Source of the DNA: a virus
Taxonomy: Duplodnaviria; Heunggongvirae; Uroviricota; Caudoviricetes
Strand: one strand, 5' to 3'
Length of the DNA: 64,000 bases
Virus record (IMG/VR): IMGVR_UViG_3300026478_000263
Below are positions 20,210-28,462 of this stretch, piece after piece. Numbering within the stretch: the stretch's first letter is position 1; each line of letters begins with the position of its first letter. The position numbers were made by a program, and so were the translations under genes. Below the pieces are notes generated by a model that was not told the DNA's origin, did no database searches, and worked only from the letters and a program-made list of their open reading frames with translations.

Positions 20210-20959
20210 GTGTACAATAGACAGATGTGTAGAGTTATATCTATATTGGTATTTTTTGCCTTTTTACATCATGGGCAAACAAGCGCCGCCACTGCCAAAC
20301 CTCTGTCTATCACCGCTCAGAGCTGGCTCGTGGCCGATGAATCCGGCAGAATTATTCAAAGCGAAAACATAGATCAACAGCGTAGTATTGCCAGCATTAC
20401 TAAACTAATGACGGCAATGGTTGTGTTAGATGCTAATCAAAACTTAGATGAACAAATCGGTAAGTATACCCGAGCCGAAACAATACAACTAGCATTAGTA
20501 CACAGCGACAACAAAGCGGCTGATCTACTGTGTCAATACTATCCTAATGGTAAGGATGCCTGTGTTAGAGCAATGAATACTAAAGCACATCTGTTAGGTA
20601 TGCACGACACAAAGTATGTCGAACCTACAGGGCTTAGTGTGTTTAATGTAAGCACAGCCACTGATTTAATTAAACTAGTTCTAGCGGCAAAGAACTACGC
20701 AGAGATTATTGAAGCATCACGCACACCGCAGGTTAAAATTAAGATAAAGAAAAAGTGGTTTATCTTTAATAATACTAATCCAATTATTGGCAAGCGTCAT
20801 GAATTTATTGTCAGCAAAACTGGCTACATAAGAGCCAGTGGAGGTTGCATAGTAATGATGTTGGATACAGAAATAGGACGCAGAATTGTAGTAGTACTAG
20901 GAAGTAAGAATACTAAGACACGTATTCCTGAAGCAGAGTTTATTGCTGTTAATTCCTAA
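20210..20959 (+). CDS. D-alanyl-D-alanine carboxypeptidase/endopeptidase (peptidase S11, PBP)
   Basis: signal peptide; SxxK (SITKLM), SxN (SDNKAAD) and KTG (SKTGYI) active-site motifs. Confidence 0.75.
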   Translation: MYNRQMCRVISILVFFAFLHHGQTSAATAKPLSITAQSWLVADESGRIIQSENIDQQRSIASITKLMTAMVVLDANQNLDEQIGKYTRAETIQLALVHSDNKAADLLCQYYPNGKDACVRAMNTKAHLLGMHDTKYVEPTGLSVFNVSTATDLIKLVLAAKNYAEIIEASRTPQVKIKIKKKWFIFNNTNPIIGKRHEFIVSKTGYIRASGGCIVMMLDTEIGRRIVVVLGSKNTKTRIPEAEFIAVNS

Positions 20960-21653
20960 CCTGTGCAAGGTTAAAGAAGCGTAGTACCTTAATATAGATC
21001 CAACCGATATCTAATTCAAACCAACGTTGACGGAAACTAGCATTGGCCCCATCGGCATGATGATTGTTATGTAGTTCCTCACCACCGATCCAAATAGCCC
21101 AAGGCCATAAGTTACGGCTAGTGTCTTTGGTGTCAGTATTACGATATCCCCACCAATGTGCCAGTCCATTAATAACACCAGCGGCCCAGAATGGAATCCA
21201 TATCATTTGAATGCCCCACACAAGAATACCCCAAGGACCAAAGAACAATAAGTCTATGACTAACATTAAGAGAATTCCAAGGCGGCTGTGTAGGGTGTAA
21301 ACATTACGCTCTAGCCAATCATCAGGAGTACCTACTCCTAACTTTTCAACCATTGCGGTATCTTTACTGGCAGAGTGATATAAACTCCAGCCTTTGAATA
21401 GCACAGTTTTAATACCGTAAACTTGTGGACTGTGCGGATCTAAATCTGTATCGCTGGCTTGATGATGTTTGCGATGTATTGCTACCCATTGCTTGGTAAC
21501 CATACCTGTTGTAAGCCAAAGCCAAAAACGCATGAAGTGATTTACTGCTGGATGGAATGTTACTGCTCTGTGTGTTTGTCCTCTATGAAGATAAAGGGTA
21601 ACACAGGCTATGGTGATTTGAACCATCACCAAGGTGGCTATAATTGTTGACAT
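20949..21653 (-). CDS. membrane fatty-acid desaturase (delta-9 acyl-CoA/lipid type)
   Basis: three His boxes (HRGQTH, HRKHHQASDTDLDPHSP, HNNHHAD) and 4 TM helices. Confidence 0.8.
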   Translation of the reverse strand: MSTIIATLVMVQITIACVTLYLHRGQTHRAVTFHPAVNHFMRFWLWLTTGMVTKQWVAIHRKHHQASDTDLDPHSPQVYGIKTVLFKGWSLYHSASKDTAMVEKLGVGTPDDWLERNVYTLHSRLGILLMLVIDLLFFGPWGILVWGIQMIWIPFWAAGVINGLAHWWGYRNTDTKDTSRNLWPWAIWIGGEELHNNHHADGANASFRQRWFELDIGWIYIKVLRFFNLAQVRN

Positions 21654-21655
21654 TA

Positions 21656-22090
21656 TTAACTCTCGCCAGCGGCCGCAGTCTTTTTATCGTCCGGGTCAAC
21701 TTTCTTTGCGCCAATCTTGTCTGCTTCTTCCATTGCTTCGTGGAACTTCTTGTTAGCCTGTGCTTCTACAAGTGCAGTTTCCATAACACGATCCGATTCA
21801 ATCATCTTACCACGTAGGTGTAAGACTGTATTAACTTTTTGGTTAAGACGAATCAAGTCATTGTCTAGCATACGGATACGGTCGATAAGAGCAATCAACA
21901 CAGTATTAGCATCGCTGATAACTGGCTTAACTTCTTTTGTGGCCCATTCCCAAACGTATTTGATAATGAAACCCATACCAACCGCCATAACGATTGGAAA
22001 CCCATACTTATTGACTAACTCTACGACATCCATTATATAATCATCCCTATTATTAAACCAACAACTAATCCAGTAATGCCAGCCTTCCAC
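21656..22090 (-). CDS. hypothetical protein
   Basis: intact minus-strand ORF; true start may be the internal Met at 22033. Confidence 0.35.
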   Translation of the reverse strand: MEGWHYWISCWFNNRDDYIMDVVELVNKYGFPIVMAVGMGFIIKYVWEWATKEVKPVISDANTVLIALIDRIRMLDNDLIRLNQKVNTVLHLRGKMIESDRVMETALVEAQANKKFHEAMEEADKIGAKKVDPDDKKTAAAGES

Positions 22091-22174
22091 ATATCGCTGT
22101 CATACCAAATTGCTCTTGGCTGATCCATCCAATCTTTGATGTGTTGGGGTTGTGCATCATACCACAACTGCCAT

Positions 22175-22372
22175 TTATTCTTCTTGAACATTTACTGGGT
22201 ATCCTTTTACAAATTGCTCTACTGGGTGCATTTTAACCAGCATTGCCTTACCATTAACGTTGGTAATTCTAAAGCAATCGCCGTGCTTCCAACCTAACTT
22301 ATCAATATCAAGTTCTTCATCGAATATGATACCGCTAGGATTTAAATCCCAACTGTAATCAACATACAGCAT
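22175..22372 (-). CDS. hypothetical small protein
   Basis: minus-strand ORF within the small convergent cluster. Confidence 0.3.
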   Translation of the reverse strand: MLYVDYSWDLNPSGIIFDEELDIDKLGWKHGDCFRITNVNGKAMLVKMHPVEQFVKGYPVNVQEE

Positions 22373-22553
22373 TTTCGACTCTTTCCTTAATCAATACATT
22401 GACTCTATTAGCACAGTTTCTAATATCGTCACTAAGGTTACCTCGGCCAACTTCTTGTTCAATTAGTCTGGCTATGTCATGCAACGTTATAATTGCATCT
22501 TGTAATTTTGTATTAGTCTCGTCTAGCATCGTTCTTACCATCTGCTCTAGCAA
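22359..22553 (-). CDS. hypothetical small protein
   Basis: minus-strand ORF, overlaps neighbours by a few codons. Confidence 0.3.
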   Translation of the reverse strand: MLEQMVRTMLDETNTKLQDAIITLHDIARLIEQEVGRGNLSDDIRNCANRVNVLIKERVENAVC

Positions 22554-22794
22554 TACGATCTACGTCAGGGCGTAAACCTAATGCGTTGGACACAATAGTA
22601 TCAATACGTACAACATCGTGGTTCATTGTTTTTACACGATTGTCTAACGCAGTAATAATACCGGCCATACCTTTGATACTTCCCAAAACACCTTGTAGTA
22701 GTAATTTGATTGTTAGGTAAACAAAGTATCCACCTGCCAATGCCGCCGCTACCGGCATACCCAAATCACCAATTATTTTGAATATATCACCCAT
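22513..22794 (-). CDS. small membrane protein
   Basis: two predicted TM helices; 93 aa. Confidence 0.35.
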   Translation of the reverse strand: MGDIFKIIGDLGMPVAAALAGGYFVYLTIKLLLQGVLGSIKGMAGIITALDNRVKTMNHDVVRIDTIVSNALGLRPDVDRIARADGKNDARRD

Positions 22795-22846
22795 TTTACG
22801 CTCCGCTCTTTATACGTGTATTTATGTTAACTGAGTAGATAAGTAT

Positions 22847-22874
22847 TTGACAGGTTAAATAAATGTGTTATAAT
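22847..22874 (+). promoter_or_regulatory. sigma70 promoter with extended -10 (TTGACA-16-TGTTATAAT)
   Basis: TTGACA at 22847-22852, TATAAT at 22869-22874, TG extension; 27 nt upstream of gene 22901. Confidence 0.6.
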
Positions 22875-22900
22875 AGTAGCACTTAATAAAGTAAGGAATC

Positions 22901-23188
22901 ATGTCACAAGCACACGTTCAGAAGTTCGAAGCATCTATGTTTGAGTATTGCTCGGACCATGCCGAAAGGGCATACAAGTTATTTGAAGATGGAGAAGTAG
23001 ATGTTGGATTGGAAAGATTAGGCCATTTAGCAGATATACTCCAAATGTTAAAAAGTTCTAAAAGTTCAAACGGAACTATTAACATTAATACATTTGCACA
23101 AGAAGTAAAAGCATTAGATGAAATAGATAAAGATGCCGTATACACACACTTCCAAGAGAACGGCTTTGGACAATATATACCGGAGTGA
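22901..23188 (+). CDS. hypothetical protein
   Basis: ORF downstream of strong promoter; ATGA overlap with clpP. Confidence 0.4.
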   Translation: MSQAHVQKFEASMFEYCSDHAERAYKLFEDGEVDVGLERLGHLADILQMLKSSKSSNGTININTFAQEVKALDEIDKDAVYTHFQENGFGQYIPE

Positions 23189-23748
23189 AAATGAAAAAAA
23201 TTGATGAGTTCAATGCGGAAGATAGAATTGATCTTAGATTACTGGAAAATTCTACTTTTTATTTGAATGGAGAGATAGATGAAGATACAGTAGGCGAAGC
23301 CATCAAATGGATTCTCTATGAAAATTTACAAGGCGAAGGTAGAACTTTGACCTTGTATATTAACAGCACGGGCGGAGATTTGTATCAGGCTCTAGCGTTA
23401 ATTGATGTAATGCGTAGCAGTCCACATATTGTAAGAACTATTGGAATTGGTGCTGTCATGAGTGCGGCATTTTTAATTTTTGCCTGCGGTGATAAAAAGC
23501 ATCGTTATGCGGCTAGTAATACTAGTTTTATGTGTCACCAATTTACATCCGGAATGGATGCTAAGTATCACGACCTAAAAGCAGAAATGAAAGAAACCGA
23601 ATTGTTAAATGAAAAGATGATAACAATTCTAACCGAAACAACAGGCTTGGTTAAAAGTAGAGTTAAAGCAAAACTACTACCAGCCAGCGATGTTTACCTA
23701 ACTGCACAAGAAGTGGTTGACTTTGGGGTAGCGGATCATATAGTATAG
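23185..23748 (+). CDS. clpP: ClpP-family serine protease subunit
   Basis: 187 aa; GIGAVMSAAFLIFACGDKKHRYAASNTSFMCHQ matches ClpP catalytic Ser/His region. Confidence 0.8.
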   Translation: MKMKKIDEFNAEDRIDLRLLENSTFYLNGEIDEDTVGEAIKWILYENLQGEGRTLTLYINSTGGDLYQALALIDVMRSSPHIVRTIGIGAVMSAAFLIFACGDKKHRYAASNTSFMCHQFTSGMDAKYHDLKAEMKETELLNEKMITILTETTGLVKSRVKAKLLPASDVYLTAQEVVDFGVADHIV

Positions 23749-23886
23749 TGATGTATAAGGTAAGATACTACATGACTGCTGGAACACTTTCATCGAGAAC
23801 GTTTGCTACACTAAGTGAGGCAATAGAGTTTTCGGTGTACAAGGTCGGCTTCATGCAACTCTACGGAATAGATAAGATAGATTAAA

Positions 23887-24723
23887 ATGCGTAATCATTA
23901 TTGGACTTGTTCAAAATTTGCAGATTGGCTTCGTGGTACTACTAAACTAAAGTGTGGGACTAGCGAAGAGTGGGACGAGTGGGAATCTCGTGCTAAAGCC
24001 GCGTATCCTATCCGTTGGTGGTTAGCAGAAGAAGGATTGGATCATTTACAAACAGTTGTATTTTTTATTCCGGATAAACTACATGCTCTCAAATATTACA
24101 TTAACAACCGTTGGGTTACTAAAACTCATGCCCTTACCGCTCATCCTCGTGATATCAAGCCCGGTGATTGGCACGATGTTGGTAATCGTTTTTTACCTTG
24201 TCTCTTTAATGAACTTCAAGATTTTGTCGAGGTTGAACTAGCCTGGTGGCACATAGCATGGAGTGACAAGAGTGAAAGAGAAAAATACAAAGCACCGTTT
24301 TGGGCTACTGGTTGGTTCAGATGGCGCACTTGGCGTTGTCCTCAAGCCGGACTTGACAACCTTGAATGGCAACGTAATCTACGTTGGAAAGAAGACGAAG
24401 TTGGACCAGACAGTAAGAACCTTGGCGAACTTACTCCGCAGGCAGTCAAAGCGCAGGAAATCTTAGACTTGTACACATGGTGGACACAGGTATATCGTAA
24501 TCGTCCAGAGCCGATGGAAGCAAGTGGCTGGACTGCTTACTGTGAAGCCGCACGTTTAGCCAACGGTGGCAAATTAAGTTTCAGTAATGACAAGACTCCT
24601 GAACTTAGAAAGATGAGCGATAAAGCACACAAGTTACTTCGTAAAATCGAAGCAGACTATGAAAAAGAAGATGAGGCTATGATGATTCGCCTAATCAAAG
24701 TGAGGCACGGATTATGGACATAA
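23887..24723 (+). CDS. hypothetical Trp-rich protein
   Basis: 278 aa intact ORF. Confidence 0.4.
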   Translation: MRNHYWTCSKFADWLRGTTKLKCGTSEEWDEWESRAKAAYPIRWWLAEEGLDHLQTVVFFIPDKLHALKYYINNRWVTKTHALTAHPRDIKPGDWHDVGNRFLPCLFNELQDFVEVELAWWHIAWSDKSEREKYKAPFWATGWFRWRTWRCPQAGLDNLEWQRNLRWKEDEVGPDSKNLGELTPQAVKAQEILDLYTWWTQVYRNRPEPMEASGWTAYCEAARLANGGKLSFSNDKTPELRKMSDKAHKLLRKIEADYEKEDEAMMIRLIKVRHGLWT

Positions 24724-24881
24724 GTTATAAGTGTCCTGTCTGTGAAAGTGAGAAACAATATAGCAACAAGTACGATGCGTATTTTTGCGAGTTGTGTAAT
24801 AAGTGGCTAGAAGAACCGTGCAAGGATCCAGAGTGTCAATTCTGTACTACACGGCCAGAAAAGCCCAGCCAAGTTGGCTAA
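24714..24881 (+). CDS. small zinc-ribbon protein (55 aa), not in ORF track
   Basis: MDISYKCPVCESEKQ...CELCNKW...CQFCT: two CxxC pairs; ATGA overlap with upstream gene. Confidence 0.3.
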   Translation: MDISYKCPVCESEKQYSNKYDAYFCELCNKWLEEPCKDPECQFCTTRPEKPSQVG

Positions 24882-24913
24882 AAGTAATAAACATAATAAC
24901 AAGGAGAAACATT

Positions 24914-25114
24914 ATGGCAACAAACAGATTTCAAGATTTTTCAAAACTAATCGAAGCCGCAGAAGGTGACTTTGAAAAGTTCTATGACAAGGGTGTTAAT
25001 GCCGCAGGTACTCGTGTTCGCAAGCACTTACAAGAGTTAGCCAAACTATGTAAAGAAGTTCGTAACGATGTAACCGCAGTAAAGAACGAACGTAAAGAAT
25101 CCGCAGGTAAGTAA
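24914..25114 (+). CDS. small basic alpha-helical protein
   Basis: AAGGAG RBS 8 nt upstream of ATG at 24914 (internal Met of track ORF 24803..25114). Confidence 0.4.
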   Translation: MATNRFQDFSKLIEAAEGDFEKFYDKGVNAAGTRVRKHLQELAKLCKEVRNDVTAVKNERKESAGK

Positions 25115-25497
25115 TGGATAAAAAAGAAATCAAACGCGATGTAGCAACATTCGCTCATATGCTCAAGGAGTTAATGAACGATCCTACACCAGATGTACTA
25201 GTAACATTGGATCGCGACATTCAGCATTTCATCTATGGCAGAACCGCAGTATTAGTAAAACATAATGAAGGCAAGCCAATTGGTACAGTAGCAGATATTG
25301 CCGCAGTAGTTGGGGCGGCCTTTGCTGATGTACTAAAAGAATTTACTAGAGGTCGTGTTAGTGATGCAGAATTAGATACAATAGTCCAAACTGCAAGAGC
25401 CAACTTACTCAGTGGATTTGAAGCAAGAGCTCCTAAGCCTGAAGTAAATACAGAAGCACCGGCAGAAGAGCCAGCAAAAGAGGAAGTAGCACAATGA
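25114..25497 (+). CDS. hypothetical protein
   Basis: ATGG overlap with upstream gene; 127 aa. Confidence 0.4.
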   Translation: MDKKEIKRDVATFAHMLKELMNDPTPDVLVTLDRDIQHFIYGRTAVLVKHNEGKPIGTVADIAAVVGAAFADVLKEFTRGRVSDAELDTIVQTARANLLSGFEARAPKPEVNTEAPAEEPAKEEVAQ

Positions 25498-25703
25498 TTC
25501 CAGCATACAGTGAAGAAGTAAAGATTCATGTACATGAAAAAGATCCAAATCTTCTTCCGCTGGAGCAACAGGTTCGACAACTTCAAGAGCAGGTTCGACT
25601 GTTACAGGAAAGCGTTGAGTATATAAATCGAGAACGCAGTCGTTTAAAAAGCGAACTTGATATAATTAGAAATGCAATGAATAGGAGTAGCAATGGATCG
25701 TGA
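25494..25703 (+). CDS. coiled-coil small protein
   Basis: 69 aa; heptad-like QLQEQVRLLQE. Confidence 0.35.
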   Translation: MIPAYSEEVKIHVHEKDPNLLPLEQQVRQLQEQVRLLQESVEYINRERSRLKSELDIIRNAMNRSSNGS

Positions 25704-25878
25704 AAAAATTCAACACCACATTAAGCATTTACAAAAGAAGCACGACGAATTGGATCGTTTAATTCAAGAAGAGTTTAATAGATACCAAGACGACAAAGCA
25801 GTAAGTAATCTTAAAAAAGAAAAATTACATCTTAAAGATGAAATTGAAAAATTTAAGAAGGACTTAGATTTATTATGA
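25693..25878 (+). CDS. DUF465 (YdcH-like) small protein
   Basis: KKHDELDRLIQEE...LKKEKLHLKDEIEKF matches the DUF465 consensus. Confidence 0.45.
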   Translation: MDREKIQHHIKHLQKKHDELDRLIQEEFNRYQDDKAVSNLKKEKLHLKDEIEKFKKDLDLL

Positions 25879-25970
25879 CGTTGCTGTTCTGGTTAATTAT
25901 CGCCGCAGTGGTCGGTTGGGTCATTTGGTGGATCATGGACTGGCACGATAAATTTCCAGATGGCGAATAA
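25875..25970 (+). CDS. tiny transmembrane peptide (31 aa)
   Basis: MTLLFWLIIAAVVGWVIWWIMDW; ATGA overlap. Confidence 0.25.
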   Translation: MTLLFWLIIAAVVGWVIWWIMDWHDKFPDGE

Positions 25971-25972
25971 CA

Positions 25973-26551
25973 ATGCAGTACAATGAATTTTTAGATTGGG
26001 TAGATATTGACAAGTTTTCAGATGCTTGTAATAACATCTGTCATCAGACAGTATTAAATGAATCCACAAATCGAATGATGAAAGAAAAATTCATTATTGC
26101 GGCAATGCAATTATCTAATCATAAAAAGAACATCGAGTGGACTGACGTTCGCGATTACGATATAAAATTTACCGATTGGACCAATGGCGACGTAGAAGTT
26201 AAAACTGGCAACGAACCTTTGTTCTACGCAAAGTCAGGAACTCCTAAAAAGACAATCAGTCTTAAATTAAAAAATGTTTACGAAAGTAAGAATCAAAGAA
26301 CTACACTAGACAAAGTTTTTAATCATTTAATGATAGTCCAAATTAAAGGAACATTCGCTGTTGCCTTTGTAGATTACGCAACAGTTAAGGCTAATCTAAA
26401 ACAATTAACAGACGGCTTCTTAGTCAAACTAACACACGACCAAATAAATATTGTGTACAAAAAAGATATGAGAAATGAACCGACATCTTGGACAATTGAC
26501 TTAGATCCAAAACCTTGGATATTTGGCACATTAGCAAAGGCAGGCGTTTAA
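25973..26551 (+). CDS. hypothetical protein
   Basis: 192 aa intact ORF. Confidence 0.4.
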   Translation: MQYNEFLDWVDIDKFSDACNNICHQTVLNESTNRMMKEKFIIAAMQLSNHKKNIEWTDVRDYDIKFTDWTNGDVEVKTGNEPLFYAKSGTPKKTISLKLKNVYESKNQRTTLDKVFNHLMIVQIKGTFAVAFVDYATVKANLKQLTDGFLVKLTHDQINIVYKKDMRNEPTSWTIDLDPKPWIFGTLAKAGV

Positions 26552-26885
26552 AGAATTGTTGTAATCCCTTCAAAGCGAAGGACTTCTGGACGCGGGTTCG
26601 ACTCCCGCCAGGTCCACCATAAGGACATAAATTTACTTTGGTATTCATTGTAAATTTACTTTGGTATTGTGTTTTTATGATGGGCCTGCCATGGTTTCGA
26701 CAGGGGTAGATAGTAGAGACGGCAACACGGTAGGCGATGACCGTAAATCAAGCAAAACTAGTAAATGCAAACGCATCTACATTTGAGTACTTCACTGTTG
26801 AAGGCTTCACAGCCGACAATGGTCTAGTAGCAGCCTAAGAAACTGCAACTCCGGGGTAGGACTTACCTTGTAACCCAAACAACCA
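26552..26885 (+). ncRNA. ssrA: circularly permuted (two-piece) tmRNA
   Basis: acceptor piece 26552-26619 ends GGACGCGGGTTCGACTCCCGCCAGGTCCACCA (T-arm + CCA); coding piece starts GGGCCUG at 26682, which pairs with CAGGUCC giving a G3-U70 wobble; tag frame ends ...GLVAA then TAA at 26836. Confidence 0.6.
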
Positions 26886-26910
26886 AAGGGCCTTCGGGCC
26901 CTTTTTTATT
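26886..26910 (+). terminator. rho-independent terminator
   Basis: GGGCCTTCGGGCCC hairpin + TTTTTTATTTT; identical hairpin reused at 35323. Confidence 0.75.
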
Positions 26911-26922
26911 TTACCAAACACA

Positions 26923-26951
26923 TTGACAGATGCCCTGTCCGAGCCTATAAT
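26923..26951 (+). promoter_or_regulatory. sigma70 promoter TTGACA-17-TATAAT
   Basis: perfect consensus hexamers. Confidence 0.6.
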
Positions 26952-26987
26952 ACACAGTATCGCAGTTTTATTTCATAGAAAGATCAC

Positions 26988-28067
26988 ATGACCTATTTCC
27001 TAAAGCAAGGTAGCACTTACCGAGTATCCAAAAAAGAAGCACTTGATATTCAAGAGAAGTTGCCGGCTGGTAACTATGTCGTTAAAAAGGACGAGATGTC
27101 TGGGCAGTTGTTTCTTGAAACAATTGACAAGTTCGAAATCAAAGGCAAGATTTACGGCGATACAAACAAACGTGCCGACCGTATTCTTTATGCGTTTGAG
27201 GATCGTCCCAGTACTACTGGCGTAATGCTTACTGGTGAAAAAGGTTCTGGCAAAACACTATTGGCTAAGATGCTTTCTGTCAAGGGATATGACAAAGGTA
27301 TTCCTACTATTGTAATCAATGCTCCTTGGTGTGGAGACCAATTCAATGCGTTCATTCAAAGTATTGAACAACCTGTAATTGTAGTGTTTGATGAATTTGA
27401 AAAAGTCTATGATGAACACGAGCAAGAACAGATGCTGACTCTGCTGGACGGTGTGTACCCAACCAAAAAGTTGTTTGTGCTTACTTGTAACGACAAATGG
27501 CGTGTTAATAGCCATATGCGTAATCGTCCTGGTCGTGTTTATTACAGCCTTGAGTATAAGGGCTTGGATGCAGACTTCATTCGTGAATACTGCATGGACA
27601 ATCTTCAAAACAAAGAACACATTGAAAAGATTGTAGGTATTGCTGGTACGTTTGACCAATTCAACTTTGACATGCTGAAGGCATTGGTTGAAGAAATGAA
27701 TCGTTTCGACGAAACTCCGCAGGAAGCAATGACTATGCTGAATGCCAAACCAGAATACGGTTCGACTTCTCGTTATGCAATCAAGTTGGTTATCAATGGC
27801 GAAGAAGTCAAAGAAAACAATTTTGAAGACAAGGAATGGGAAGGCAATCCTCTTAACAAGAATGTCAACATTTCTTACAAGGTTATTGAACGTGACGAAG
27901 AAACTGGTGACGAAGATTGGGATTGGCAGGGTATCCGATTCACTCCGGACGAGTTGAAGAAGATTGATGACAATGGTACCAAGTACGTGTTCACTAACAA
28001 GGAAGGTGCAAGCCTTATCCTTACCAAAGTTAAAGAGAAGACTTACTCTTACTGGGACGCTTTTTAA
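26988..28067 (+). CDS. AAA+ ATPase (ClpX/HslU-like Walker A)
   Basis: Walker A GEKGSGKTLLAKML, Walker B VIVVFDEFEK; 359 aa. Confidence 0.7.
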   Translation: MTYFLKQGSTYRVSKKEALDIQEKLPAGNYVVKKDEMSGQLFLETIDKFEIKGKIYGDTNKRADRILYAFEDRPSTTGVMLTGEKGSGKTLLAKMLSVKGYDKGIPTIVINAPWCGDQFNAFIQSIEQPVIVVFDEFEKVYDEHEQEQMLTLLDGVYPTKKLFVLTCNDKWRVNSHMRNRPGRVYYSLEYKGLDADFIREYCMDNLQNKEHIEKIVGIAGTFDQFNFDMLKALVEEMNRFDETPQEAMTMLNAKPEYGSTSRYAIKLVINGEEVKENNFEDKEWEGNPLNKNVNISYKVIERDEETGDEDWDWQGIRFTPDELKKIDDNGTKYVFTNKEGASLILTKVKEKTYSYWDAF

Positions 28068-28074
28068 GCGCAAG

Positions 28075-28105
28075 GGTGTTGTAGAAATACAACACCTTTT
28101 TTACG
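28075..28105 (+). terminator. rho-independent terminator
   Basis: GGTGTTGTAGAAATACAACACC hairpin + TTTTTTAC. Confidence 0.65.
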
Positions 28106-28106
28106 A

Positions 28107-28135
28107 TTGACATTTCTTACTAGATCGCTTATACT
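28107..28135 (+). promoter_or_regulatory. sigma70 promoter TTGACA-17-TATACT
   Basis: consensus hexamers upstream of 28163 gene. Confidence 0.5.
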
Positions 28136-28162
28136 AAAAGCCTAGTAAGAAAGGAGCCCAAA

Positions 28163-28354
28163 ATGTCCGAAGTTAGAGTTAGCACCCTGTACAAAGTCAC
28201 CGTAACTGAGTACGAAGCAGGATGGGGACAGCGTCCTTGCCCAGAAGAAACCAAATTCTTCACTACCCGCGAAGAGGCCGAAACCTACGCAGAAGCCTGT
28301 AATCAAGGCACTTATGAGATCTATTGGAGAGCCCGCATAGATCAAATTGGTTAA
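28163..28354 (+). CDS. hypothetical small protein
   Basis: AAGGAG RBS; 63 aa. Confidence 0.35.
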   Translation: MSEVRVSTLYKVTVTEYEAGWGQRPCPEETKFFTTREEAETYAEACNQGTYEIYWRARIDQIG

Positions 28355-28393
28355 TCTTGTGTCGATGGGTTCATATTTTGGACTCATCGACAG

Positions 28394-28422
28394 TTGACAG
28401 ACCACAGTTCATTTGCTATAAT
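28394..28422 (+). promoter_or_regulatory. sigma70 promoter TTGACA-17-TATAAT
   Basis: consensus; lies inside the first 23 codons of track ORF 28394, so the real start is 28463. Confidence 0.55.
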
Positions 28423-28462
28423 ATACACATACAGTAAACAACTAGGCGCAGAAAGGCTAAAG

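Noticed and set aside
26552-26640. tRNA-like 3' fragment as a phage attachment site or prophage boundary
   Set aside because: No integrase nearby and phage-type genes on both sides. The fragment is better explained as the acceptor piece of a two-piece tmRNA.
28394-28462. First 23 codons of track ORF 28394-30625
   Set aside because: This segment coincides with a consensus sigma70 promoter (TTGACA at 28394, TATAAT at 28417). The start was reassigned to 28463, which has an AAAGG RBS.
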